Below are positions 1-7,987 of a stretch of DNA of 64,000 nucleotides, one piece after another. Location: the IMG/VR virus record IMGVR_UViG_3300024978_000008, positions 14,319 to 78,318 of that record. One strand, 5' to 3'. Numbering within the stretch: position 1 is the first letter of the stretch; each line of letters opens with the position of its first letter. This stretch comes from a virus. The notes beneath the pieces were generated by a model. The model was not told the DNA's origin. It worked only from the letters and a program-made list of their open reading frames with translations, and made no database searches. The position numbers and the translations under genes are program-made.

Positions 1-96
1 TAACTGTGGATCACGATAACTAGCCATTTGTACAAATATGGTGTTCAGTGTTGAAATTTTTTCTTCTTTATTGTTTTCTTTATTATTTTTCTTCAT
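1..96 (-). CDS. Partial gene (5' end; runs off left edge): probable GT60/PF11397-type UDP-GlcNAc:polypeptide N-acetylglucosaminyltransferase
   Basis: Hand translation of the minus strand from ATG at 96: MKKNNKENNKEEKISTLNTIFVQMASYRDPQL; SD GAGGA just upstream; TIFVxxASYRDxxL is the N-terminal signature of the Gnt1/GT60 family. Only 32 codons visible. Confidence 0.6.
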   Translation of the reverse strand, partial: MKKNNKENNKEEKISTLNTIFVQMASYRDPQL

Positions 97-125
97 TTTA
101 TCCTCTATATTCAAATGTAAAAAAT

Positions 126-152
126 GAAGGGAGTTAAATCCTAACTCCCTTC
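126..152 (-). terminator. Intrinsic terminator-like hairpin after the 175..633 gene
   Basis: 11-bp arms gaagggagtta/taactcccttc, 5-nt loop, followed by ATTTTT on the minus strand. Confidence 0.7.
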
Positions 153-174
153 CATGTGAAGCACTGGTATTCTA

Positions 175-633
175 TTAAGACTTATTCGCCTTGGGTGGAC
201 GGCCAGCCTTTCTAGGAGCTTCTTGATGTTGTAATGGAGTATCAATTGTTTGCTGTTGTTGAGCATGTTTAGCAGCATCAGCAAATGATTGAGCATTAAG
301 AAGCTTTGGTGCACCGCCAGCAGCACCGGCACGGCGCAAGTTAGGTGTCATAATTTCACCAGAACGAGTCTTTACTTTAACGAATTGATGGAAATATTCG
401 AGAGCATTTACACCATTAGCAAGCGTTATTTGACCAAACAAATCCCATGCTTCATAGCGGGCTGCATCTCTGCGTGACAAAATCATTCCAACGCGCTGAT
501 AATCGATTTGATCAAGATAATCGGTGCGGATGAAATAGATGTCTCCATTAGCTTTATCAACTTTCATGATAACAACTTCATAGACGACACCATTGTTAAA
601 TAGGTCTAAAACGGATACGTGTGGAATACTCAT
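175..633 (-). CDS. Hypothetical phage protein with C-terminal AT-hook-like motif
   Basis: 152-aa ORF, SD GGAG, late box CATAAATA at 670-677; C-terminus PRKAGRPPK. Confidence 0.75.
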   Translation of the reverse strand: MSIPHVSVLDLFNNGVVYEVVIMKVDKANGDIYFIRTDYLDQIDYQRVGMILSRRDAARYEAWDLFGQITLANGVNALEYFHQFVKVKTRSGEIMTPNLRRAGAAGGAPKLLNAQSFADAAKHAQQQQTIDTPLQHQEAPRKAGRPPKANKS

Positions 634-709
634 AGACTATCTCCTTAAATTAAAAATGTTAGTCGTAATTATTTATGACCCTCAAAAAAGCGTGTCTCGT
701 GGAGATAGA

Positions 710-1537
710 TCACAGATTATATCTGTGCATATTCATATCAAAATTGTAATAAACCTCATTAATATTAGGTATAATAAATGCACCATTAATATCGTAAAAT
801 TTTTGAAAAACTATACTTAATTTATTACCCCAATCGTAAGCACTGTCAAAAATATATGCTCTTAACACATAAATGTTATCTTCTTTAATTTTATTTTTTA
901 TATCTTCGTCAAATCCTCTGAAGACTTTAAATAAGTATACATTATTGGGATATTCTTTAGTCTGAGTTATAATCAAAACAGTTGATTGCTTGCGGATAGC
1001 TTCTATTTGATCCGTCAAGGATGTTGAACCCAGCCAATCTCTCCATGAATACCATTGTCCGCCACGCATTAATTTTCGTTTTCCTTTAGCGGAACGTCCA
1101 TAAGCGAAATCGGGTCTAGCTGGAATATCTTTTGGACGTTTCCCAGATCGACAATATTCTTGCCAATCTGTTTGTGTTGATAATCTTAATGATCGTGCAA
1201 AATTTCTAGCATCTTCAAAGCTTCTAAATTTCTGTGGTATATGCGGAAATATGTTCCATATTCCCAAGAAATCGCCCCATTTTGTCCATTCTTTTTTATA
1301 AGCTCTATCGGGACGTTTTGGGAGTCTAGCCGGTCTGTTATCCATCCACCATTGTATATACTGGTCGCGAGATTGTAAATTTTCTTTCTTTACAACTTCT
1401 TTTGCTTCTTCATAGGAAACACATATACGAGGTCTTCCAAGTTGTCCATGATTAATCGTTTTCTTTTTAACAGGTGAAGAACGTTTAAGTTTTTTTAATG
1501 TTCTCTTTTTCTTTTTGGATAGTAACTCTTCTGTCAT
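710..1537 (-). CDS. Integrase-repeat-unit-containing protein (putative DNA-binding)
   Basis: Two repeats of the type SFEDARNFARSLRLSTQTDWQEYCRSGKRPKDIPARPD...W.SWRDWLG; basic N-terminus; no tyrosine-recombinase catalytic domain seen. Confidence 0.65.
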   Translation of the reverse strand: MTEELLSKKKKRTLKKLKRSSPVKKKTINHGQLGRPRICVSYEEAKEVVKKENLQSRDQYIQWWMDNRPARLPKRPDRAYKKEWTKWGDFLGIWNIFPHIPQKFRSFEDARNFARSLRLSTQTDWQEYCRSGKRPKDIPARPDFAYGRSAKGKRKLMRGGQWYSWRDWLGSTSLTDQIEAIRKQSTVLIITQTKEYPNNVYLFKVFRGFDEDIKNKIKEDNIYVLRAYIFDSAYDWGNKLSIVFQKFYDINGAFIIPNINEVYYNFDMNMHRYNL

Positions 1538-1550
1538 TTTAAGCTCATTT

Positions 1551-1558
1551 TATAAATA
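1551..1558 (+). promoter_or_regulatory. T4-type late promoter box TATAAATA
   Basis: Exact TATAAATA 20 bp upstream of the ATG at 1579. Confidence 0.6.
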
Positions 1559-1578
1559 TATAATAACAATTTAATTCT

Positions 1579-2019
1579 ATGAACAAATTATCAAAATTTC
1601 GTAAAATGTCATTAGTATTGGCAGAAACTGTAGATGCTTGGCGGATTATTCCACGAGTCATGCTATTAGCTTATGGTGCATTAGTAATGAATATGTATAT
1701 GTGGTATAAATCTATACCAACATTTATACAAGAGAAATGCGATGCTGCCGTTTTACAGTTATTTATACAAGGTGGAATGGCTCTGCAACAGGCTCAATCA
1801 CTAGCGTGTACAGTAGTTGATGTGGTAGGTGGTCCTACTGCAGCACAATCTACATTTATAACCACCATAATTGGTTTATCTGCTGGAATCTTCGGATTAT
1901 ATACTGCTACTGGGAAACGTTGGGAAACTTTTGATTATTCTCAAAGAAATTTTGATGATAATATCCCACAGTACACGCCACCAACGACGCCACCAGCAAC
2001 AACATCATCATCCAAATAA
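1579..2019 (+). CDS. Small membrane protein, holin-like candidate
   Basis: Two hydrophobic segments (WRIIPRVMLLAYGALVMNMYMW; FITTIIGLSAGIFGLY), T/P-rich C-tail, late promoter. Confidence 0.5.
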   Translation: MNKLSKFRKMSLVLAETVDAWRIIPRVMLLAYGALVMNMYMWYKSIPTFIQEKCDAAVLQLFIQGGMALQQAQSLACTVVDVVGGPTAAQSTFITTIIGLSAGIFGLYTATGKRWETFDYSQRNFDDNIPQYTPPTTPPATTSSSK

Positions 2020-2967
2020 CGTCACATCTTTTGATTTAGTAGATAACATCTTAGTATAAAATTTAGGATTATCACTTATACGTTGTAAATCGTATCGACC
2101 ACAGAATTTTAGAAACTCTTTAACGTTAAATTTGTTTCTTGATTTTAAAGCTTTATATATTGTTGTAGCTATTAATGTTTTGATTTCATCGGGTTGACTA
2201 CGCAAATCAGTAAGCAAGATATTTTCTTTAAATAAATCTTCAGTCTTATAATGATATGTTTTAACTTTTCCATCAGCATCAATAGTGTCAACATCAAATT
2301 CATGTGCCATGATATTAGCTTTAAGAAAAGTATCACCATTATATGCTTTATCTATTTTATCTTTCCTTAATCTTGGATAAGCTGAATGTACATTATCACC
2401 ATTATCACCCCTTAAACATTTTTCAAACATAAAATATTTGGCATCCATGTTCCAATCCATTAATGTTCGTTTTTCTTCTTTTGCGGGTTCTATGAGAGTG
2501 ACATTTGGATTATCTAATAATTGAATAAAATCTTTATCAGAACTTATAATGATGTGTTTATCATCTTCATGTAAATCAACAAATCCAGCTACTAAATCAT
2601 CACATTCTAAGAGATTTCGTTTTAATACGATTAGTGAACTATAATCTCTCAAGTATTCATAAAATTCACAAATATGCTTATCGAAAACTTCTAATTGTTG
2701 TGCTTCTTTAGTAGTTAAATCCTGTCTACGTTGACCTTTATATTTTTTATGACTTATAGAAGCATATTTCGTATAATCTTTTCGCCATGAATGTGAATCA
2801 AATACTGCAACGATTTCATCTGGATTATATTTATTATTAAGATATTGCATTGTTGTCAAACCGGAATGATGACACATGCTGATTAATATATCATCATTTT
2901 CCTTTATATTCGCATAGAATGTTCGATATAATAGGTTAGACATATCTAATAATAAATATGTTTTCAT
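2008..2967 (-). CDS. rnh: RNase H / 5'-3' flap exonuclease (T4 rnh-like)
   Basis: LLLDMSN, VFDS, YKGQR, ECDDL, SSDKDF, GDNGDNV FEN/PIN-type acidic motifs. Confidence 0.9.
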   Translation of the reverse strand: MKTYLLLDMSNLLYRTFYANIKENDDILISMCHHSGLTTMQYLNNKYNPDEIVAVFDSHSWRKDYTKYASISHKKYKGQRRQDLTTKEAQQLEVFDKHICEFYEYLRDYSSLIVLKRNLLECDDLVAGFVDLHEDDKHIIISSDKDFIQLLDNPNVTLIEPAKEEKRTLMDWNMDAKYFMFEKCLRGDNGDNVHSAYPRLRKDKIDKAYNGDTFLKANIMAHEFDVDTIDADGKVKTYHYKTEDLFKENILLTDLRSQPDEIKTLIATTIYKALKSRNKFNVKEFLKFCGRYDLQRISDNPKFYTKMLSTKSKDVTLFG

Positions 2968-2969
2968 GA

Positions 2970-3275
2970 TTATTCTTCATCCTTGGCAGTAGGATCAAAT
3001 AATGTTTTCATGTAAGCCTTTTCGAATATTTTGTGTAAATATCCCTCAATAACTTGTTCATCAGTGATTCCTTCATATCCAAACTTACGTAATTCTTTAA
3101 TAAAAGAATTATTCCAATCCATTTCAAGTTGAATACCGTTTTCTTTTAAATCTTTACTTTCCATAGTAAAATGTGGTTTTTCAGATGCTTGGATAAATCT
3201 ATCTTTTTTATATTTTTCAAACTCCATTTTCATTTCTTTTCTGAGTTTAAAATATTCTTTAATTTTTTTAAACAT
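2970..3275 (-). CDS. Hypothetical phage protein
   Basis: ORF between clamp and rnh; likely start at ATG 3275 (MFKKIKEY) just after the clamp stop. Confidence 0.7.
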   Translation of the reverse strand: MFKKIKEYFKLRKEMKMEFEKYKKDRFIQASEKPHFTMESKDLKENGIQLEMDWNNSFIKELRKFGYEGITDEQVIEGYLHKIFEKAYMKTLFDPTAKDEE

Positions 3276-3276
3276 A

Positions 3277-4011
3277 TTAATTTTCCGGTAAAATGTAAAT
3301 ATTGAATCCATTGACAGTTACTTTCAATACTCCGCGAGTCGAAATGTGTACCGTTAATTGTCCATGCGTATCCATAACAGCTTTAAATAGAGGTAAAATA
3401 AATTTTATTTCATATGAAAATAGAAAATGTGGCTTGGGAGCTTCATCGGTAATGGAATATTTCTTGGCTATGATATGTTCGAACATATCACCACCAACAT
3501 CAGCAGTTTTAAATGTAATAGTTCCATCTTTTTCTGAAGAGAAAGTAATTTTCGTACTATCAATTGCCAATGATGCTTTACTCATTATCTTTAATGTGTC
3601 ATTTTCAATGTCAAAAGAATAACATACGGGGTCTTTGAAAGATTTTGGAGCTTTAATTTTTAATGGATCGCTACATGTGAATTCAATTTTTGTTTTATTG
3701 CTGCTTAATTGTAATTTAGTGGCAATAATGTCACCATTATCTCGTTCTTTCGGCGCAAATGACATAATTAATTCAGATGAATCTAAAATATTTATGCGCG
3801 TTCCTAACGTTTTAACTCGACCAATGCCCATGCCATTAAATTCAAATTTTGGAATGGTTTCTGTCTCTAAGAGAAATGTTCCTCTAGAACTGTCAGTTGA
3901 TTGCCCTCTGATAACATCACTTTGAATAGCAACCGCATCAATTCCACATAGAGAACATGTTTTGATAAGAGTTTGTAAGAATTCTACAGTATTTTTATTT
4001 AATTTTTCCAT
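3277..4011 (-). CDS. DNA polymerase sliding clamp (gp45-like)
   Basis: About 244 aa, alternating beta/alpha clamp-like pattern, immediately downstream of polB; likely ATG at 4011. Confidence 0.7.
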   Translation of the reverse strand: MEKLNKNTVEFLQTLIKTCSLCGIDAVAIQSDVIRGQSTDSSRGTFLLETETIPKFEFNGMGIGRVKTLGTRINILDSSELIMSFAPKERDNGDIIATKLQLSSNKTKIEFTCSDPLKIKAPKSFKDPVCYSFDIENDTLKIMSKASLAIDSTKITFSSEKDGTITFKTADVGGDMFEHIIAKKYSITDEAPKPHFLFSYEIKFILPLFKAVMDTHGQLTVHISTRGVLKVTVNGFNIYILPEN

Positions 4012-4050
4012 TATTATTTCCAATGTTTTTCGAGTCTATCACATAACAAC

Positions 4051-6651
4051 TTAATATTCAAATAGATCGTCCATCATAACAGTTTTTGTTGTTGGAGCAT
4101 ATTCGTCAATAGCTGACAATATAGATTGTAACGGCATATCTACTAATCGCTTAATTTGATTCTCTCTATCTACCAATGGAGCAAAATGTGTTGTAAACCA
4201 TTCGGGAGCAATTTTTGTATCAGTTGGTAATGCTATACTCTTAAATTTCCCAAATGTTTGTTTCAAATAATAGGTTTTGATCTTCATTCCCGAAATAATC
4301 TTCGGTGAATTATGATCACCGTATTCTTCTAAACATTTATTATAAAACATTGCTGCTGCTACATGTCCCGGTAATCTCAAATTTGGTTCTTTGGCATTAT
4401 ATCGTGCAGTATAACTTTCAATACCTTTAATGCCCTTGGGAAGTCCAATATCCATCAAATCTTGATTAAACAATTCTTCTTTATATGCCACAATAAGTCG
4501 TGCGATATCTTTCCAATCTTGAACTTCTTTCAAGAAATTTTCTAAGAATTTTATTAATTTTTTACTTATGGGTTTAGGTATGCTGGTTTTCTTTAATTGA
4601 ACTCCCATAACCTTCATTTTATCGGCTGGCATACCATCTGCATAAGCAAGATTCATTATATACATTTTCTTTTTAATAAAGATTGATTTTGGAGAAATAG
4701 TGTCCAATTCAGCATGCATAAGTTTTGATTGTTCATCTTGACAAAAAAACGTATTTTTACTAAATGCCGGGAATGATTCATTCACTTTATTCTCTATGAA
4801 TTTGGCAGTTTCGTACATTTCTTTGACATCTGTTCCATAAGTTTTAAAATATGTTGAATCTGTATCACCATATACGATAGATTTCGATGGAAACTTATAT
4901 TCACCATCTAAGATTTTTGCACATGTCTTAGCCATGTGGAATAAAAACTGTCTTCCAGTTAATGTAGTAGATATCGCCAAACGTATATCATAGAATTTGA
5001 AATATTTATTTCCTACCGCACCATAAGTAGAGTTTAACAAAATTTTCCTAACGAATTGTATTCTATTGTAATATTCGTACTCTTGTTTCAATCTCAAATA
5101 TTCTTCTGATTCTTTTTCGACTGATGACATAGCTTTTTTAGCTGCTTTAAGTTTTTTCTTGTATTCTACGCGAGCAGAAAACCATTCGCCTAATATTTCA
5201 GGAATCAACCCCATTTTATGTTGATCAAATATCGTACCATGAGCACTTAAAGCATGTTGTCTACTTTTGAAAATATCACCCCATTCATTAGCAGGATGCG
5301 TTTCTATACTACCATCTTCAAGCGTCAATGTTAATAATTTGCTTGTATTATCAAAAATTTCTGTAAAAGCATCTTCGGATGTTTGAAATTGTCCAACGAT
5401 AGTCTCTGGGCTTGCATTCAACATTCTCATGGTAGTAGGATACAATGAATTTAAATCGACACTACCTACACCTTCATGCAATCCAACGATAGGGTCAAAT
5501 ACATATGCGCCAGAGAATTTATCAACATTCAAATAATCGGGTTCTTTAGAATCTGGAACAATTTGATGCAATTCATGATGACATTTGTTAATAATGGCAC
5601 ATTCAACTATTTTCAATGTTTCTAATACATCATGTGGTAATGCCGTAGAAGATTGATATGTATCTAACGCAAGTTGTAGATAACCAAGCTTTTCTTCAAA
5701 TCCTTTAAGAACCTCGGTATCTCTGACGTTATATCTGCAGAACATTGGAAAATCATTATAATATAAATCGTATAATGATCCTTCATATTCAATTTTTTTC
5801 ATTTCCGGTAATATTTCTTCGGAAATTGCATCTAATGTGAAAGATGGACGTGTAGTAGTTTCAAACTTTTTGAAAATTTCTAAGTAATCTAAATGAACTC
5901 TTCCAAAAATATCGACTTGAGTTTGTGTTGATCCTACAAAAACTTCAACTTCTTTAGACTTAGGTTCGGGTGCATTGTGAAAAGATAATCGACTAGCCAT
6001 TGATTTATTATATCGATGGCACATCCTACTGTACATATATGGAATATCATATCCGGTGCTATTCCAACCACTAATTACATCAGTGTTTTCTATTTCATCT
6101 AAAAATCGTAATAATAATTCTTTTTCATTGCTACAAACAACAATTTCCGCTATATCATACAAATCCTTCGGAATATCTGATTTAGTCCATTTATCATTAT
6201 TTGGTAATACTACTAAAAGTATCATTCTATCATTATAATTGTGATATAATGAAATAGCACTGATCGGAGCGTAAGGATTTTCTATTGTAGCGTATCCGAT
6301 AGCAGGATCATAATCGGTTTCGATGTCGAAACATGATAAGTTTAATTTTGTTGGAGTTTTGTTGTAATAATTATCAGACAACACTTTATAAATGGGATTT
6401 ATGTCCGATTCAAACATCTCTATATTTTGTGATTTATAATTCTTTTTAGATTCGAAGAATTCCCATGAATTTGGAAAACTTTTTTTAATTAATTTGTTTC
6501 CGTGAATATCACTAAACGTTCCGTTATTATTTTTTATATAATAAAAATATGGAGCATCAAAATATTTTGTTACACGCTTTCCCGATTCATCGCGCTCCCA
6601 AACCATAACATGTTTACGATCATCGGATAACGTTGCTGATATATATGACAT
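4051..6651 (-). CDS. gp43: Family B DNA polymerase (gp43-like), unsplit, no intein
   Basis: Exo FDIETD, GWNSTGYDIPY, YNVRD; polymerase DLNSLYP, KILLNSTYG, YGDTDS. Confidence 0.97.
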   Translation of the reverse strand: MSYISATLSDDRKHVMVWERDESGKRVTKYFDAPYFYYIKNNNGTFSDIHGNKLIKKSFPNSWEFFESKKNYKSQNIEMFESDINPIYKVLSDNYYNKTPTKLNLSCFDIETDYDPAIGYATIENPYAPISAISLYHNYNDRMILLVVLPNNDKWTKSDIPKDLYDIAEIVVCSNEKELLLRFLDEIENTDVISGWNSTGYDIPYMYSRMCHRYNKSMASRLSFHNAPEPKSKEVEVFVGSTQTQVDIFGRVHLDYLEIFKKFETTTRPSFTLDAISEEILPEMKKIEYEGSLYDLYYNDFPMFCRYNVRDTEVLKGFEEKLGYLQLALDTYQSSTALPHDVLETLKIVECAIINKCHHELHQIVPDSKEPDYLNVDKFSGAYVFDPIVGLHEGVGSVDLNSLYPTTMRMLNASPETIVGQFQTSEDAFTEIFDNTSKLLTLTLEDGSIETHPANEWGDIFKSRQHALSAHGTIFDQHKMGLIPEILGEWFSARVEYKKKLKAAKKAMSSVEKESEEYLRLKQEYEYYNRIQFVRKILLNSTYGAVGNKYFKFYDIRLAISTTLTGRQFLFHMAKTCAKILDGEYKFPSKSIVYGDTDSTYFKTYGTDVKEMYETAKFIENKVNESFPAFSKNTFFCQDEQSKLMHAELDTISPKSIFIKKKMYIMNLAYADGMPADKMKVMGVQLKKTSIPKPISKKLIKFLENFLKEVQDWKDIARLIVAYKEELFNQDLMDIGLPKGIKGIESYTARYNAKEPNLRLPGHVAAAMFYNKCLEEYGDHNSPKIISGMKIKTYYLKQTFGKFKSIALPTDTKIAPEWFTTHFAPLVDRENQIKRLVDMPLQSILSAIDEYAPTTKTVMMDDLFEY

Positions 6652-6671
6652 AATTTCCTTTCAAAATAATA

Positions 6672-6698
6672 AGAGACAAGAATAACATTCTTGTCTCT
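6672..6698 (-). terminator. Hairpin/terminator between dsbA-like gene and polB
   Basis: 12-bp arms agagacaagaat/attcttgtctct, loop aac, T-rich tail on the minus strand. Confidence 0.65.
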
Positions 6699-6725
6699 CA
6701 AGATTATCATCTATCAAATTTTTAA

Positions 6726-7040
6726 TCAATCTTCATCACTATTCGATGAAGTTGTTATACCATTGATATCCATTACGCCATCATAGATGGTTTCAATCAT
6801 TGAATGTTCTTCAGTTATTTCATCATAATTATGATCGAATACTATTTTTGCAATTTTACCAATAAGTTTTTTTGGAATATGATGTTCTTCATGTAAGACT
6901 GCAACACAATCTTTAATATATTCATTTTTGTCTTGAATAAATTGTTTGGCTCCTGCAATTTCGTAGAACACATCTCTAATTTTCTTTCTGATTGCTGGAT
7001 CACTTGGAAGTGAAAAACTACTATCGTCTATTTTTGTCAT
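6726..7040 (-). CDS. Double-stranded DNA-binding protein (T4 DsbA/GapR-like)
   Basis: 104 aa; pattern IKDxxxxLxEExxIxxKxxxKxxKxxxxxNxxExxEExxxxExxYD resembles DsbA. Confidence 0.6.
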   Translation of the reverse strand: MTKIDDSSFSLPSDPAIRKKIRDVFYEIAGAKQFIQDKNEYIKDCVAVLHEEHHIPKKLIGKIAKIVFDHNYDEITEEHSMIETIYDGVMDINGITTSSNSDED

Positions 7041-7049
7041 ATTTTTCCT

Positions 7050-7307
7050 TTATATTTGATTTTGTATACCTAACACATATTTTTTATTATCTAAATAATC
7101 TATTAAAATTAATTGGCAATAATCATTATCAACCTTGTGTAATCTGATCATTATTGGACTGTTATCATGTCCATCTCTTTTGTATTTCATTACACGTTTA
7201 TAAATGCTATTAATTAAATTTTTTACTGGTGTTTTTTCCACCAAATCTAAAATAAGATTGCTAATATATTCACTTCTAGTATTGGAATTTTTTTCGTTAT
7301 TCATCAT
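7050..7307 (-). CDS. Hypothetical protein
   Basis: 85-aa ORF with 4-bp overlap to the upstream gene; SD AAGGA follows for the next gene. Confidence 0.65.
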   Translation of the reverse strand: MMNNEKNSNTRSEYISNLILDLVEKTPVKNLINSIYKRVMKYKRDGHDNSPIMIRLHKVDNDYCQLILIDYLDNKKYVLGIQNQI

Positions 7308-7927
7308 TTAAACCACGTTCTTATGTCGCCCGGAAACTGTTTCGGATCATATACATAAGGAGTTTTAGCAGTAATTAATACTCTAACGTAGTTAAGATTT
7401 CCAAACATTATATTACTAAATGTATGTAAAAAATTTGAACCAGACGGAAACATCAACATTGTTCCAGCTTTGGGTTTTATTGTCAAGTTATGATTGATGA
7501 ATTCCATATCACCACCGAAACTTTCTAAAAGAGAATCGCGTAAATCATTTTCTTTAGATGTTGATAAGAAGATAATAATGGTAAAATCTATGTCTTTTGA
7601 TTTTACCCATTTACCATCAAAAAGCATGGAATTATCCGTTTGAGGAACGTGAGCCTTATAGCCTTCTGTCATCCATTCATAACTAAAAGGTGCAATATCA
7701 CGAGTTTCAAACCCATAATAAGGTTCAGCAATATCTAACAAATCATCAACAAAAGGCATTAACCTAGTTTCTTCTAGTTGATTATATTTAATTGTTTTAA
7801 TTGGATTTAATTTAATATCATTATCAGGTAATGAATGTTTTAAACTTAAAACAACTTCTTCACATTTTTCTAATGAAATAACATCTTCTTGTAAGATAAA
7901 TGGAGATTTGATAATTTTTTGTACCAT
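7304..7927 (-). CDS. 2OG-Fe(II) oxygenase, prolyl-4-hydroxylase-like fold
   Basis: FTIIIFLS...FGGDMEF...IKPKAGTMLMFPS...FLH...R DSBH motifs; first metal ligand atypical (HVPQTD rather than HxD). Confidence 0.75.
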   Translation of the reverse strand: MVQKIIKSPFILQEDVISLEKCEEVVLSLKHSLPDNDIKLNPIKTIKYNQLEETRLMPFVDDLLDIAEPYYGFETRDIAPFSYEWMTEGYKAHVPQTDNSMLFDGKWVKSKDIDFTIIIFLSTSKENDLRDSLLESFGGDMEFINHNLTIKPKAGTMLMFPSGSNFLHTFSNIMFGNLNYVRVLITAKTPYVYDPKQFPGDIRTWFK

Positions 7928-7987
7928 AGTTAATATTCCACATATTTTGTGAATATAACAGATGATATCTTGTATGTCAACTAATAA

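Noticed and set aside
710-1537. Integrase indicating a temperate lifestyle
   Set aside because: Only repeat units are present; no recombinase catalytic domain or att site seen.
3302-3925. Short opposite-strand ORFs inside long genes (these and most other nested ORFs in the track)
   Set aside because: Fully nested antisense or out-of-frame to well-supported genes, with no recognisable motifs.
4051-6651. Intein or intron in DNA polymerase (also checked sheath, portal, protease)
   Set aside because: Normal lengths, contiguous motifs, no splice-junction signatures.
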